The notes under the pieces are model-generated. The model worked only from the letters and a program-made list of their open reading frames with translations. It did no database searches and was not told where the DNA came from. 64,000 nt of DNA from Octopus sinensis (taxonomy: Eukaryota). Positions within the stretch are counted from its first letter, which is position 1, and each line of letters begins with the position of its first letter. A program made the position numbers and the translations under genes. The DNA lies in NCBI RefSeq assembly GCF_006345805.1, contig NC_042998.1, forward strand, positions 32,364,001-32,428,000, given 5' to 3'. Positions 39,946 to 54,332 of this stretch are shown here, piece after piece.

Positions 39946-40829
39946 TATTTAGCTATGGAGGAAGTGATTAAATGACAATATTAATATTTGCTAAAAAGCA
40001 AATTTTCTTAAAATTTTAATTCTAGCATTAATTATCATAAATTACAGCAGAAACATTTATCAGAGAACATTTTCTAAAAGGACAAAAACCTATGAAACTG
40101 ATAAAAATTCCACTTTAACTGTGCTGAAGGAGATCGGTTAAGCATTAGCTGTTTTTTTTTTATACATCTGCGATTTTGTTCTTATATTTTCTTTTATCGT
40201 AGTTATCTGATCTCAGATAATTTTAGATCCATTCTTTGCTGAGATTTATCTCAAAGATCTGTCTTTAATTAATTGATATTTATTGTTCTGTATTTCTTTT
40301 TTAGAGAATAAGACCTTTATAACTACTATTCTTTGTCAATGCTGTTATATAGAATTCACTCATTTATGTGAATTTATTCAATGAGGTGGAGTCTTTCAGC
40401 AACAGAAAGATAAACTGATTTATTTGTAATGGTAGCAGTTTGTATTTATCCACAAACTGAAGTGGTGAGTTAGTTTGAAATACAGTTATGGTTAATAGCT
40501 TTTCTGCTAATCTCCTCTTCTTATATAAATAAATTGTTATGTTTCTGTGAAACAAAATAGGGTACAGATAAGACTCTGAAAAATGGAAATGTATGATTAA
40601 GATGCCATTAGAGTTTGTATGATTAATTTTGTGATCTTATGAAAGCAAAGCAGCTTAATCATTAACCCATTGGATGCTTAACCATTGTAGAAGCACACCT
40701 AGTCGGATACTAATATATTGATGTAAGTAAGCAGTACAGTTAAGTACAAGTAATGTTTCTCTTGCATTATTAAGCAGACCCCTAGATTAGATATTTTGCT
40801 GTGATTATTTTTGCTCTTTCATGTTCAAT

Positions 40830-41353
40830 GACTGGCGTCCATGCTAGCGGGGTGCAAAGAGCACCATACGAGTGTGATCATTGACAGAGTGGCTAACCGG
40901 CTTCCGTGCCAGTGGCACTTAAAAGGCACCATTCGAGCGTGATCGTTACCAGCGTCACCTTACTAGTACTCGAGACCCATGCTAGTAGGGTATTAAGAGC
41001 ACCATCCAAGTGTGATTGTTGCCAGAACGGCTATCTGGCCTCCTTGCCGGTGGCACATAAAAGATACCATTCGAGTGTGATCGTTACCAGCATCACCTTA
41101 CTGGCACCTGTGCCGGTGGCATGTGTAAAAGATTCAAGTGAGGTCGTTGCCAGTACCACCTGACTGGCCCCATACTGGTGGCATGTAAAAGCACCCACTA
41201 CCTCTCGGAGTGGTTGGCATTAGGAAGGGCATCCAGCTGTAGAAACTCTGCCAGATCAAGATTGAAGCCTGGTGTAGCCATCTGGTTTGCCAGCCCTCAG
41301 TCAATCGTCCAACCCATGGAAAGCGGACATTAAACGATGATGATGATGATGAT
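40830..41353 (+). mobile_element. Family C retroposon
   Basis: Subrepeats, family motifs, (GAT)n tail. Confidence 0.75.
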
Positions 41354-42695
41354 GTTTCTTGCACTACTCATACCATAGATTGATACCTTTCACTCATCTT
41401 GTGTTATTCGTTCCCTTCAAAATCTTTAAAATGTAAGAATATTCTAACATTATGTATATATCACTAATATCATTATGTCGGGAAAGACTGCGAGCTGGCA
41501 GAACCATTAGCATGCCAGGAAAAATGCCGCTAAGCATTTTGTCTATCTTTATGTTGTGAATTCAAATTCCACCAAAGTCAACTTTGCCTTTCATCCTTTC
41601 AGGGTTGAGAAAATAAGTACCAGGCGAGCCCTGTGGTTGATGTAATCAACTTAGCCCCTTCCCCAAAATTACTGGTCTTGTGCCTAAATTTGAAACCAAT
41701 ATTACCAAGTTGGTATAATAGAATATTAGTTCCGTGTTGCCATTTAAAATATTCCAAACTCATCAAAATTAAAAACGATTGTAACTATTTTTGTCTTTTG
41801 TTTCATGTTTTTATATGTAAATCTCCAGCTTTTTTACTTTTTCTCCACAAACATGAGAATTGATCATTTTCACTTTATATATACACATTTCTTCACTAAT
41901 CAATTTTATCAGCAATATGATTGATAATCTCCATCTTCTCAAGAGGTTTGAAAAATCAAGACCTTTTCAAACAGTTTTGTGATTAATATGATTGTAGCTT
42001 GCTGAATTAATCATTTGTAGACAGAGAAGGGAGTCCACAAGTAAACAATACAAAGATAAATTGCTCATATGTATTATATAGCTAATGACTTGACAAGTTA
42101 AATCAGTCTGTAGATTAAGATATTGATTTCATTCAAGTCAATGGCAAAATACTGAAATAAAAGTGTCAAGTTCACTGAAAGCTATTGACTTATTTGAAAA
42201 TAAAATTGATTGTAAAGTGCTTGTTAATTAAATGAATGCAATCTACTAAAATATTATCACGGTAATCTATACAAAATAATTTAAAACATGTCAGAAGGAA
42301 CCGAAAAATCTGAAATCGTTATCATATTGACATTGAAGGCATTACATTATTCTCAATAAATACATTCCATTATTGGCACCAAGTGAAATCTGGAGTTATT
42401 GACAGATTTATTTTTTAATACAATTTCAAACAGTCGTTGTTTGAATGAAAACATCAGATTGATTTAAAAAAAACTTTTGACTTGACCAAGATACCTTTTA
42501 ATCTTAGTAATTTATTCAATTTTGAAGTTTTTCTAATGTTCAATTGGACACTAGAAAATACACTTGTCATAATTCTGTGTCATGTTATCTTTGAAGTTGA
42601 AATTCCCTAAAATGGTCGGATATTTCAAAAGATTGTAAGTGTATCCCTGTATCTAATTTCAGCACAAGGCCTGTAATTTTTGAGGAGAGGCTATT

Positions 42696-43262
42696 CATGG
42701 TTGTGTGGTAAGAAGTTTGCTTCTCAACCACATGGTTCCAGGTTCAATTCCATGGCGTGACACCTTGCGCAAGTGCTTTCTACTATAACCTCAGGCCAGC
42801 TAAAACCTAAGTGGATTTGGAAGATTGAAACTGAAAGAAAACTGTTGTATGTATACATGTGTGTGTGTGTGTGGTGTGTGTGTGTGTGGTGTGTGTGTGT
42901 GTGTGTCTTTGTGCCTGTGTTTGTCCACCATCACCACTTGACAGCAGGTATTGGTGTGTTTACATCCTTGTAACTTAACAATCGGCAAAAGAGGCATTTG
43001 TCATTTCTAATAGTGTTATATGTTATATATTTGAAGGCAGCGTGCTGACGGAAACGTTAGCATGCCAGGCAAAATGCTTAGCCGTATTTCATCTGCCGTT
43101 GCGTCCTGAGTTCAAATTCCACCGGGGTCGACTTTGCCTTTCATCCTTTCAGGGTCGATAAATTAAGTACCAGTTATGCACTGGGGTCGATGTAATCGAC
43201 TTAATCCGTTTGTCCTTGTTTGTCCCCTCTGTGTTTAGCCCCTTGTGGGTAGTAAAGAAATA
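42696..43262 (+). mobile_element. SINE A (42696-42992) followed by SINE B (43033-43262)
   Basis: Family signatures. Confidence 0.8.
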
Positions 43263-43701
43263 TATATGTTATGTTCATACGATATAACATCTTTGAGTAA
43301 TTACCTATACTGATCTACTCCTGTTTTTCCTCCTCCTCCTCCTCTGTTTACCCCTCCTCCCTGACCTATTTCTTCATGTGTGTCTGTGTCTGTGTGTATA
43401 TGTGTGTCTGTGTTTTGTGCTGTGATTTTTCTTTCCATATTCAACATTTATTTTCTCCACAAAACCTAAACGACATAGAAAATTGCAAGCAGAATTGATA
43501 GAAATGCAGAAAGATGGCTAAAGGAACGGGTGATTCATTAAGGTGTTTGGGTCACAGCTATATCGTTTCATTTTCACTGCCACAGCAACACTTTGAGCCA
43601 GTGTCTTCTCAAGTCAACCAAAGCCTTGAGAATGAAATTAGATAGTCAGAAACAGTTCGGAGTCTATCCAAAAGATCTAATCTTGTCTTTAGCCAGTTGA
43701 C

Positions 43702-43926
43702 TTAATCGTTCAGTATTTAAACTCGCCATATCTGACTCATATATTCCACTTGTTCTATGTAAAGATCAGCCAGATCCAACTTCTCACACTTACTCAACAA
43801 TGTCAGCGTAAAAATAATCATATCATAAAAAATCTCAAAGTTACAAGGTAATGCATGATTAATTCAAAACAATGTAAATGAATAAATATTAAATTTAATG
43901 GAACCATCTAAATGCTGAAGAGTTAA
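43702..43926. mobile_element. TTAA-flanked MITE, family 2
   Basis: Reverse-complement homologue of 2093-2306, with TTAA ends. Confidence 0.55.
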
Positions 43927-44059
43927 TCAAACACCCTGTTTAATGTAATTAAGTGTTCTTAGGGTGCCTTTGCTAGAATTTACTTTCTTATATGCAGTCA
44001 TACCAATTCCCAAGCTCATCTTCTGATATGCCAGTTCCACATAAAAGTGCTTGTGTCAG

Positions 44060-44345
44060 TCATCATCATCATCATCATCCAGTGTTTTAACTCTGGGTTT
44101 TGCCCCTGTTAATGGGGCTGGTCGGATCTACCTCAGTGCCATAGCAACCACCCTCACACCATCACAACATCTTGCCCGGTTTTGGAAGTCCTCCTTTTTC
44201 AAACCAACCCTCCCAATCACCTCCTTCACCCGTCCCCTCCAACTTTTCCTCAGTCTACCTTGCTTCTGCGCTCCATTTACCTCAAATACAATCACCCTCC
44301 TCAGAACATGCTCTTCATCCCACCTTAACACATGGCCACACCACC
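44060..44345 (-). mobile_element. 3' fragment of an RTE-type LINE
   Basis: WCGHVLRWDEEHVLRRVIVFEVNGAQKQGRLRKSW, typical of the RTE ORF C-terminus; (GAT)n tail. Confidence 0.75.
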
Positions 44346-44698
44346 ATGTAAAATCACCCATGCCTGGTGCCAGGCCTGCATAAAATGCACCCAATACACT
44401 CTTTGAAGTGGTTGGCATTAGGAAGGGCATCCAGCTGTAGAAACCATGCCACAAGAGACAACTGGAACCTGAGCAGCTCTTCAGCTGGCCAGCTCCGGTC
44501 AAACTTACCAACTCATGCCAACGTGGAAAACAGACCTTGAATGGTGATGATGATGATGATGACAACGATGAGCCCCTGCCATAGTTTCCATCAACCAAAT
44601 TCCACTAATGAGGCATTAGTCATCTCAAGGGTCATAGTAGGAGTGACAAACGCAAAGTGCCATGCAGTTGGATCAAATCTGGAACAATGTTGATGGAG

Positions 44699-45223
44699 AA
44701 AGTGATGGTATGTTGTCAACTTAATGTGACAGTCCCATGCAATGGAAGAATACTACTGATATTTAGCCCTAGTAAACACCGTTTCCTGTTGGACTTGACA
44801 CATTTCCTGTGTCTTTAAGTTTTTCAAAGGGGAGATAAGCACCTCCACACAGCAAAGCCAGCATCCAGAGGCTAGTTTCAGATTCTTTGGTCATCATCAG
44901 TCTGGCGTAGCATGGCTTGCTAGCTGTCGATGCCTATCTGCCTTTGAAAATATATTTTAAGTGAAATACATTCACTGATTGTTTTGAAAATAAAAATAAT
45001 ATATTTCTAAATATCTCAGAGAGATTTATACAGTATCAGCATGATAAAGTGATAGCATGTTGTCAACTTAATGGGATAGTCCAATAAAAGGGAAGAATGC
45101 TACTGCTATTTAGCTCTAGGAAACACCGTTTCCTGTATCCTTATCTTTTCAAAATGGAGATAAGCACCTCCACCCAGCAAAGCCAAAGACTAGTTTTGGA
45201 GTCATTGCTCATTATCAGTCTGG
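44699..45223 (-). mobile_element. Tandem pair of decayed pLTR-like repeats, each with an HHR motif
   Basis: Direct repeats at 44699-44905 and 45046-45223; minus strand ccaga-CTGATGA...GAAA-ctag-(t/c)c-tctgg. Confidence 0.6.
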
Positions 45224-45447
45224 AGTTGTGAAACCTACAGCCCTGCCTATGTCTGTTATTGTTGATAATTTGGTCTGATGGTAAATACTTCGTTTTCAAC
45301 TGAATGATCTAAATATTCTATTAGATGTGATTAGAATCAGTTCTAACGAATGCGACCCAATAAGACTGTAATCAACATTATTAAATACAAATACAATTAA
45401 GTGAAGAATTAGGGGTGATCATTATTTCTTGATCATCTTTTCTTTTT

Positions 45448-45758
45448 AACTTTTACTTGTTGCAGTCATTAGACTACGGCCATGTTGTGGCACCTCTTTC
45501 AAGAATTTTACTCTAATGATTTTCCTCCAGTCCTTATCTTTGTAAGCCTGGTACTTGTTCTATTGGTCGCTTTTGCTGAACTGCTAAGTTATGGAGAGGT
45601 GTAGGAGTGACTGTGTGGTAAGTTTCTTGCTCACCAACCACATAATTCTTGGTTCAGTCTCACTGCATGGCACCTTGGGCAAGTGTCTTCTACTATAGCC
45701 TCAGGCTGACCAAAGCCTTGTGAGTGGATTTGATAGATGGAAACTGAAAGAAGCCCAT

Positions 45759-45801
<43 letters not shown>

Positions 45802-46257
45802 GTGTATTTGTTTGTGTATCTGTGTTTGTCCCCCAACATCGCTTGACAATCGATGCTGGTGGGTTTACGTCCTCGCAACGTAGCAGTTCTGCAAAAGAGA
45901 CCGATAGAATAAGTACTAGGCTTACAAAGAATAAGTCCTGGGGTTGATTTGCTCAACTAAAGGCGGTGCTCCAGCATGGCCATAGTCAAATGAGTGAAAC
46001 AAGTAAAAGAATAAAAGAAAAACCAGTACCAGTTGTCAAGTGGTAGTAGGGAGCAAACACACACACAAACACACATACATAGATATACCTATATTTGATG
46101 AACTTCTTTCAGTTTCCATCTACCAAATCCACTCACAAGGCTTTGGTCGGCCCAAGGCTATAGTAAATGACACTTGCCCAAGGTGCCATGCAATGGGAAT
46201 GAACCTAGAACCATGTGGTCAGGAAGCAACTTGCTTACCACACAGCCATGGCTGCAC
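45448..46257. mobile_element. SINE A cluster: a full + copy (45598-46020) between two - fragments
   Basis: Family signatures; consistent with a + copy inserted into a - copy. Confidence 0.8.
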
Positions 46258-47239
46258 TTTGGAAAGTGGGCAGCAAGCTGCTGCAAAGAACCAAACTCTG
46301 TACCTCGATAATTCTAGTTGAATGGTCTGTACTGTTAAACTAAGTGACCCCTAAGGAGAAACCGAAAATCTAACTGGAAATGTCAACGTAACAGTTCATA
46401 ATAGCTTTGTTGTCCAGTTTTGTTCTGTGAGATAAGTAACCACAACACCAAGCAACTTTGATTCATAATATTCTTTTCTACTCTAGACACAAGGCCCAAA
46501 ATTTTGGGGTAGGGGGGGCGATTGATTAGATCGACCCCAGTACCCAATTAGTACTTAATTTATCGACCCTGAAAGGATGAAAAGCAAAGTTAACCTCAGC
46601 AGAATTTGAACTCAGAATGTTAAGATAGATGAAATTTTGATTCGTAATATTCTTTTCTACTCTAAGCATAAGGCCTGAAATTTTTGGGGAGGTGGCTAGT
46701 CGATTAGATTGATCCCATTATGCAACTGGTACATAATTTATCGACCCCGAAGGGATGAAAGGCAAAATCAATCTCAGCAGAATTTAAACTCAGAATGTAA
46801 TGAAATTTTGATTGATAATATTGTCTCCAAATTGGTATTATAACACTTTAAATATCATCAGCCAGCTGATAACTATATAAAATGTTTTATTATAACAAGA
46901 TAATTGATGCAGTAAATTCCTTACTCTAACAAAAGGATCCTCAGATGGCTAAAATTAGCAGCTGAATTCCTCAAATCTTCTCTAACCATCTTAAGTAAAA
47001 GAAAGCTATATTGAACAATTTGGTATTACAATATGGCCACAGATGGAACATTGTTGATTGTAAATCTGCCCAGTGAGGGGCATCCTGAGGCTAATCAAGA
47101 ACAATACCATCAAAAGTAGTGGGAAGGTAGGTTAATATAACTGATTTATTTTACTTGATTTGGTATGGACGTTTCTCTCTGAAGGGATACAGTACTTAAG
47201 CATACGTTAATTTGTAAGACATTAATGCACCAATAACAG

Positions 47240-47315
47240 GTGTGTGTATAGGGATGTATATATATATATATATATATATGTATGCATGTATGTGTGTATG
47301 TATGTATATGTATGT

Positions 47316-47348
<33 letters not shown>

Positions 47349-47386
47349 TATATGTATGTATGTATGTATATGTATGTATGTATATG

Positions 47387-47418
<32 letters not shown>

Positions 47419-47597
47419 TGTAATATATATATATGTATGTATATATATATGTATGCATGTATATATATATGTATGCATGTATATATATATATGTATGTAT
47501 GTATTATATATATATATGTATATATATGTATATATATATATATAATATATATATATATATGTATATGTATATATATATGTATGTATATGTATGTATA

Positions 47598-47633
<36 letters not shown>

Positions 47634-47757
47634 TATATATATATGTATGTATGTATATATATATAAGTATGTATGTATGTATATATATATATGTATGTAT
47701 GTATATCCTTAAATCCTTAAAAATGTTTTAGTATATATATGTATGTATATATATATA

Positions 47758-47811
<54 letters not shown>

Positions 47812-48070
47812 GTGTGTATGTATGTATGTATGTATATATGTATGTATGTATGTATATATGTATGTATGTATATATATATATGTGTGTATGTATATATATA
47901 TGTGTGTATATATATATATGTGTGTATGTATATATATATATGTATGTAAGTATACATATACATATGTATGTATATATATATATATGTATGTAAGTATACA
48001 TATACATATGTATGTATGTATATATATGTATGTATATATGTATGTATGTATGTACGTATGTATGAACACA
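47240..48070. repeat. Compound (TA)n/(TATG)n microsatellite
   Basis: Seen directly; similar tracts at 53340-53835 and 54535-54850. Confidence 0.95.
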
Positions 48071-49083
48071 CACATATCTACTGAAAACCAGTGATTACTA
48101 TAGTAATATAGCAACAGAGAAATTCAGTATCATAACAGAAATGAAGTAAAAAAAAACACAATTTCCAATGATACCAAACTGTAAACTTCCTGCCTGAAGT
48201 AAAATGATAACTAAACAATGGAGCCAGAACAACAGTGAACATCGCACAGTTGGAGCTTTGCTCTCAAGAAATATAATACATCCAGTGAAAGGATGATCAT
48301 GTTGGCGATACACAAAAGCAACATTAATAATAAGTCAGGCCTAACTATATTGTAAAAGAAAATGCGGATTCAATAAAAGAAATATAAATTTAGATAGGAA
48401 TATTCTTTGAATGGAATGTATTCACTTTGAGAATGCAGTTTTGTGGCTTTGATACAATAAGACTTGCAAGTCAATATTTGTTCTTTGCTATGGTATTTTA
48501 ACAAGATCCACAATGTTACTGAACCATTCCCTTGTATTACATTGCTTTATTACTATCATAAATTGCCCTGTTAATTTACCAAATTTTCTGAGCAAGATAG
48601 GTCAGATTTTCTTTTGATATTCTATAGTTTTAACGTGTTTAATGTCCAATATTTGCTATTAAATTAATTCCAGTGTTAGTTATTATATTTTTTAACAACT
48701 TAACAAACCTTAAGTTATCTTTCAGCCTTGTTTCTTAAAAAAACCTTGCGTGTCATAACTAATTAACTAATGATATAGAATAAGGAAATAGCAAAGAGTT
48801 TGATGTCAATATTCAACAATTTATCTGTTTCTGTCCATATTTAACACACTTTCCAAAACATTGTTCTTGACCAAGAATGGATGTGCAGTGCTATTTTAAC
48901 ATGTCTATTATTGATAAAATGGTAAATATCATATTGCCTTTCTCAAATTGCCTGTATTGTTGCCTGGCATGTTTTGTAGGGTTTGTAAAAGAAAAATCTT
49001 TCAAAATCAATCCAACATGATATTATGACCCCCATCCATCAAATTACTATATTTTCTCTTTACTTAGGACTGTGCATCAGATG

Positions 49084-49121
<38 letters not shown>

Positions 49122-49204
49122 AACCTATATAATTACTTTAAACCTTTAATAAGTTGGTAAGATTAGGAGCTGCTGTAAGAAATAAATAGAAAATAAGCAC
49201 TTTA

Positions 49205-49463
49205 CTACCACCACCACCACTACCACAACCGCCGCCGCCGCCGCTGCCACCACCACCACTGCCACCGCCGCCGCCACCACCACCACCACCACCACCACCA
49301 CCACCATTTACCATCATCACCACCACCGCCACCGCCGCTACCACCACCACCACCACCGCCGCTACCACCACCACCACCACCACCACCATTTACCACCACC
49401 ACCACCACCACCACCACCACCACCGCCGCCGCTGCTGCCGCCACCACTACCACCTCCACCACA
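49205..49463. repeat. (CCA/CCG)n microsatellite
   Basis: Seen directly. Confidence 0.95.
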
Positions 49464-49724
49464 ACTAACAGGTTTGAAGCCTTAGAACAACATCATCCAG
49501 ACAATGACCTCAGTTTCTATTCAGAGAAAAATCACCACCACTAAAATGGATACAGCTGTAATGATGGCTGGAAATAATAAACCACCCAAAATAGACAAGC
49601 TTCCGGCAGAAACCCAAACGGCTCAGAGAGAAGCGATGGCAAATGAAGAGAAGCGGAACAAGTATTCTGAACATTGAATACATTGACACTTGAAAGAAGA
49701 CATAAGAAAATATGATGAAGATAT

Positions 49725-49945
49725 ATTTCTTTATTGCCCACAAGGGGCTAAACATAGAGGGGACAGACAAAGGGATTAAGTCGATTATATTGACTCCAGT
49801 GCGTAACTGGTACTTAATTTATCGACCCTGAAAGGCTGAAAGGCAAAGTCGACCTCGGCAGAATTTGAACTCACAACGTAACGGCAGACGAAATACGGCT
49901 ACGCATTACGCCCGGCGTGCAAACGTTTCTGCCAGCTCGCCGCCT
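49725..49945 (-). mobile_element. SINE family B
   Basis: Reverse complement of the family sequence. Confidence 0.85.
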
Positions 49946-50201
49946 TAGATGATGAAGATAAACAACTAAAAGTTCTCAAAGAGAACAGAGGTCTGATGTC
50001 TGTTAAGAGAAAGCAATGCTTGGGAAAAGATAACATCAATGCCCTGTCAGAAGAATTACCAGCACAGACATCAGTGACCTTAACGGGCTTATCGGACAAC
50101 GTGAAGAATTCTGGAGCCAGCTGTATTGCATGGGGCAATTTTAAGATTATCCATTCTCCAACCACACAACTCAAACCCTGAACCCTCCACCTGTCACATA
50201 C

Positions 50202-50232
<31 letters not shown>

Positions 50233-50431
50233 GAGAGAGATATAGATATATACATATATATTGTATAATGGATTGTGGGTAAGGCCAAAACAGTGCAAAG
50301 TAAATGCAAGGTAAATCACAAGAAAACAAATATGTGAATTAATGTAGACTTACTTTGCATTCAATATTTCATTCGCATTGTTTTGGCCTTACCCACAGTC
50401 TTTTATACTACACACACAAACACACACACAC

Positions 50432-50486
<55 letters not shown>

Positions 50487-50811
50487 CAACAAGTGACAAC
50501 AAAAGAATGAGACTTTGATATTAGTTAAAATAGAGAATTATTTATGTATATTTTAGGGTACACAGTAAGTTGTAATAAAAGTATTCAGAGTTTCAAATGC
50601 TGGAGTGAAGAGCCATTTATAGCCGATGAGAATGTATCGTAGCTCTTCACTCCAGCATTTGAAACTCTGAGTACCATAGTGACAAATTACTGATTGTCAT
50701 AAACTACACACACACATATGTGTATGTTTTCTTCTGAAGATCTGCTGTTTCATTGCAATTATACAAATGTCTACTTAACGATTACCATGCAACATACAAG
50801 TAGTTACTAGT

Positions 50812-50844
50812 ATAATAATAATAATAGTAATAATAATAATAATA

Positions 50845-50889
<45 letters not shown>

Positions 50890-51139
50890 GTAGTAGTAAT
50901 AATAATAATAATAATAATATAAATAATGATAATAATAATAATAATAATAATAGTAATAATAATAATAAATAATAGTAGTAGTAGTAGTAATAATAATAAT
51001 AATGATAATAATAATAATAATAGTAATAATAATAATAATAGTAATAATAATAATAATAATAATAGTAATAATAATAATAATAGTAATAATAATAATAATA
51101 ATAATTATAATAATAGTAGTAGTAATAATAATAATAATA

Positions 51140-51170
<31 letters not shown>

Positions 51171-51186
51171 TAGTAATAATACTAAT
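50812..51186. repeat. (AAT/AGT)n microsatellite
   Basis: Seen directly. Confidence 0.95.
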
Positions 51187-51250
51187 GTAAAGATTGTTAT
51201 TTATAATGTGATAATAAAACGATAAACTAAATCCATTTTATTCTGCTCTC

Positions 51251-51318
<68 letters not shown>

Positions 51319-51513
51319 ATATATATTATATGTATAAAGATGATTTAGAAGTGCTTTGGACCCTACTCACATGCAGATGTGCAAGTATGCAGCTATTTTT
51401 GGTTTATATTAAAGCAATAACGTGTATAATGTATGTAACATTTAGCAATTACCAGCTGATAATAGTGTGCAGAAACAATTGTAGTGTTTGTAATAAAGCC
51501 TGTTCATTCCATA

Positions 51514-51546
<33 letters not shown>

Positions 51547-51876
51547 TAACATCTGTTGTCCATGCTGGCATGAGTTGGCTGGTTTGACCAGGGATGGTAA
51601 GCTAGAAGGCTGTACCAGGATCCAGTCTGTTTTGGCATGGTTTCTGTGGCTGGATGCCTTTCCTAACGCCAATCCCTCTGAGAGTGTAACGGGTGCTTTT
51701 ATGTGCCACTGGCATGGGTGCCATTTGTGTTACACTGGTATCTGCCACGACTGCGATTTTTCTTGGTTTGATAGGTGTTCTTCTCGAGCATGGCATAATG
51801 CCAAAGGTCTTGGTCATTCTTGTATTAAAATTCTTACACACACACACATACACACACACATACACACACACACACA

Positions 51877-52735
51877 CATGGTGCATTCTAGAAGTTTTGA
51901 GACTTTAGGTGAGGCAGTCATAACAGTTCTAGATTATCATACTTTCAGCATATCATTACTGGACATCTAATAATCTGACCTGTCAACTTCTGTCACTCTG
52001 GAGGGAAGGGCATGGCTGTAAAAGTACTTTGAACACATCACACTACTAAACACTGCTTGTTAGAGCTGGTTAGTTTGCAGAAGGAAGTCAGGATGTTTGG
52101 AATATCACTATGCTATAATGTTTTGTGCTGAAGTGGGCAAAAATGCTAGAGAAACTTTTGAAATGATCCAAACTGCTTATGGATTAACTTTTCCATTGGC
52201 TCAAAAGATTCAAGGATATTAGAGGGGCAGTGAGAGATGATGAGAGGTGTGGGGGATGAGAGAGGAGTTAGAAAATCAGAACTGGTTGAGAAACTGCAAT
52301 TTTCTGGATGAAGAGTGTTGTGCATCTATAAAGACAATAAGCATACACAGTTCTGTATTTAAGAGACGAGGAATTCATCATCATCATCATCATCGTTTAA
52401 CGTCCGTTTTCCATGCTGGCAAGGGTTGAACGGTTCGACTGGGGTCTGGGAAGCCAGGAGGCTGCACCAGGCTCCAATCTGATCTATCAGTGTTTCTACA
52501 GCCGGATGCCCTTCCCAACATGAACCACTCTGGGAGTGAAGTGGGTGCTTTTTACATGCCACCGGCACACAGGCCAGAGGAGCTGGTACATTATTTACAT
52601 TTGACAGATATTTGTCCTCATCTTGTTTGTTGTTAACACAATGTTTCGGCTGATATACTCTCCAGCCTTCATCAGGTGCCTTGGGGAAATTTCGAATCTG
52701 GGTTCTCATTCCTAAGGTATTTTTCGATGTTATTA

Positions 52736-52795
<60 letters not shown>

Positions 52796-53344
52796 TCACT
52801 CCCTGGAATCGAATAATAATAATATCGAAAAAATATCTCAGGAATGAGAACCGAGGTTCAAAATTTCCCCAAGACAGCTGATGAAGGCTGGAGGGTATAT
52901 CTGCTGAAATGTTGTGTTAACAACAAACAAGATGTAAATAAAATGTAAATAATGTAAATAAGCATACAGTTTATAGAATTATTCATATAGATCTGAACAT
53001 GTGCAAAATTTGTGCAGCGATTGTTCTTAGGGTGCTCATTACTCAGGACCCTGCTAACTAACCACTTCACAGAGATGCAAAGCAAAACTATTCCCCAGCC
53101 TCCTTAGAACCCAGACCATGCCCTTTGTGACTTATGGTTGTTTCCCATGCTGGAGAACTTCAGGGTCAGTTGTTTTGAAAGTCAAGGAGGCTGTCACAAG
53201 GGGTGCCAGGTACCTTTATTTGGAAGGATTCCAGGTGCACCAAAGTTAGAGGATCCTACTTTGACAGAAATTAGAGATTTGTACTTCTTTGAAATTAAAT
53301 GTCTCTCCTGAAAAAGTCTGCAAACTTTTGGAATATATCTTATA
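51877..53344 (+). pseudogene. Decayed mariner transposon with both TIRs and nested insertions
   Basis: Imperfect TIRs at 51877-51906 and 53313-53344; YAIMFCAEVGKNARETFEMIQTAYG, KRFKDIRGAVRDDERCG, KTIPQPP*NPDHALCDLWLFP, RGSYFDRN*. Confidence 0.8.
52348..52956. mobile_element. Palindromic tRNA/HHR element, copy P6, containing a family C insertion (52376-52587)
   Basis: Exact TSD aataagcataca at 52336-52347 and 52957-52968; HHR in both arms. Confidence 0.88.
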
Positions 53345-53550
53345 TGTATGTATGTGTGTATGTGTGTATATATGCATATATGTATCTACATATATATGTG
53401 TGTGTGTATTTATGTACATTTATATCTATATATGTGTGTATGGGTAATGTATGTATATGTTTGTATATATATATGTGTGTGAGTAATGTGTATATATATA
53501 AATAAATAAATATATGCGTGGATGCACGTTTGTATATATATGTGTATGTG

Positions 53551-53590
<40 letters not shown>

Positions 53591-54332
53591 GCGTGTGTGT
53601 ATATATATATATACACATATATACATACATACATATATATATATATACATACATACATATATATATACATACATACATATATATATGTATATATATATAT
53701 ATATATATTATATATGCACACATACATATATAGTTATACATGTAATATACATATGTATACATGCACACACACACACTCACACACAACACACACACACACA
53801 CACACACGCACACACACACACACCCTCATACATAAATACATAAAACAAAGCTATAAAATCAAGTTTCTAAATCAATATTCTTTCAAGAAGCTAACATGTT
53901 ATTATCTAAAGCGATAAAGGTTTATATTAAATTTTCAACAATGGGATTAATCAGTGTTTGATAATATTTCACTGGACCTTTTGTAATCTGCACAAATTAA
54001 ATTGTAAAGAGGCAGAAACAACCTACCATACACTGTATAATGAGATCCATGACCCAATTCAAATAATAAAATTAATAATAGGAAGCAGTGCCCAGAAGTT
54101 ATCAAAATGATCGGCTTTGTTGTATATTACTAAATCTAGTTTTAACTCTACTTAATATTTTAAAAACTTTTTACTTTCTAGAACCAAGATAATTTGAATA
54201 AATTTCTAGCCGAAACGAAGTCAAGTCAAATGCTTTGGGCAAATAAATTGTTATTAGTTCTTCTAAATTGAATTGTTTCAAGTAAATTATGTATACTAGT
54301 TCCTTGATATCTGTTCATATATATATATATAT

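Noticed and set aside
40353-40470. Coding exon ending at a GTGAGT donor
   Set aside because: Stop codons in all three frames.
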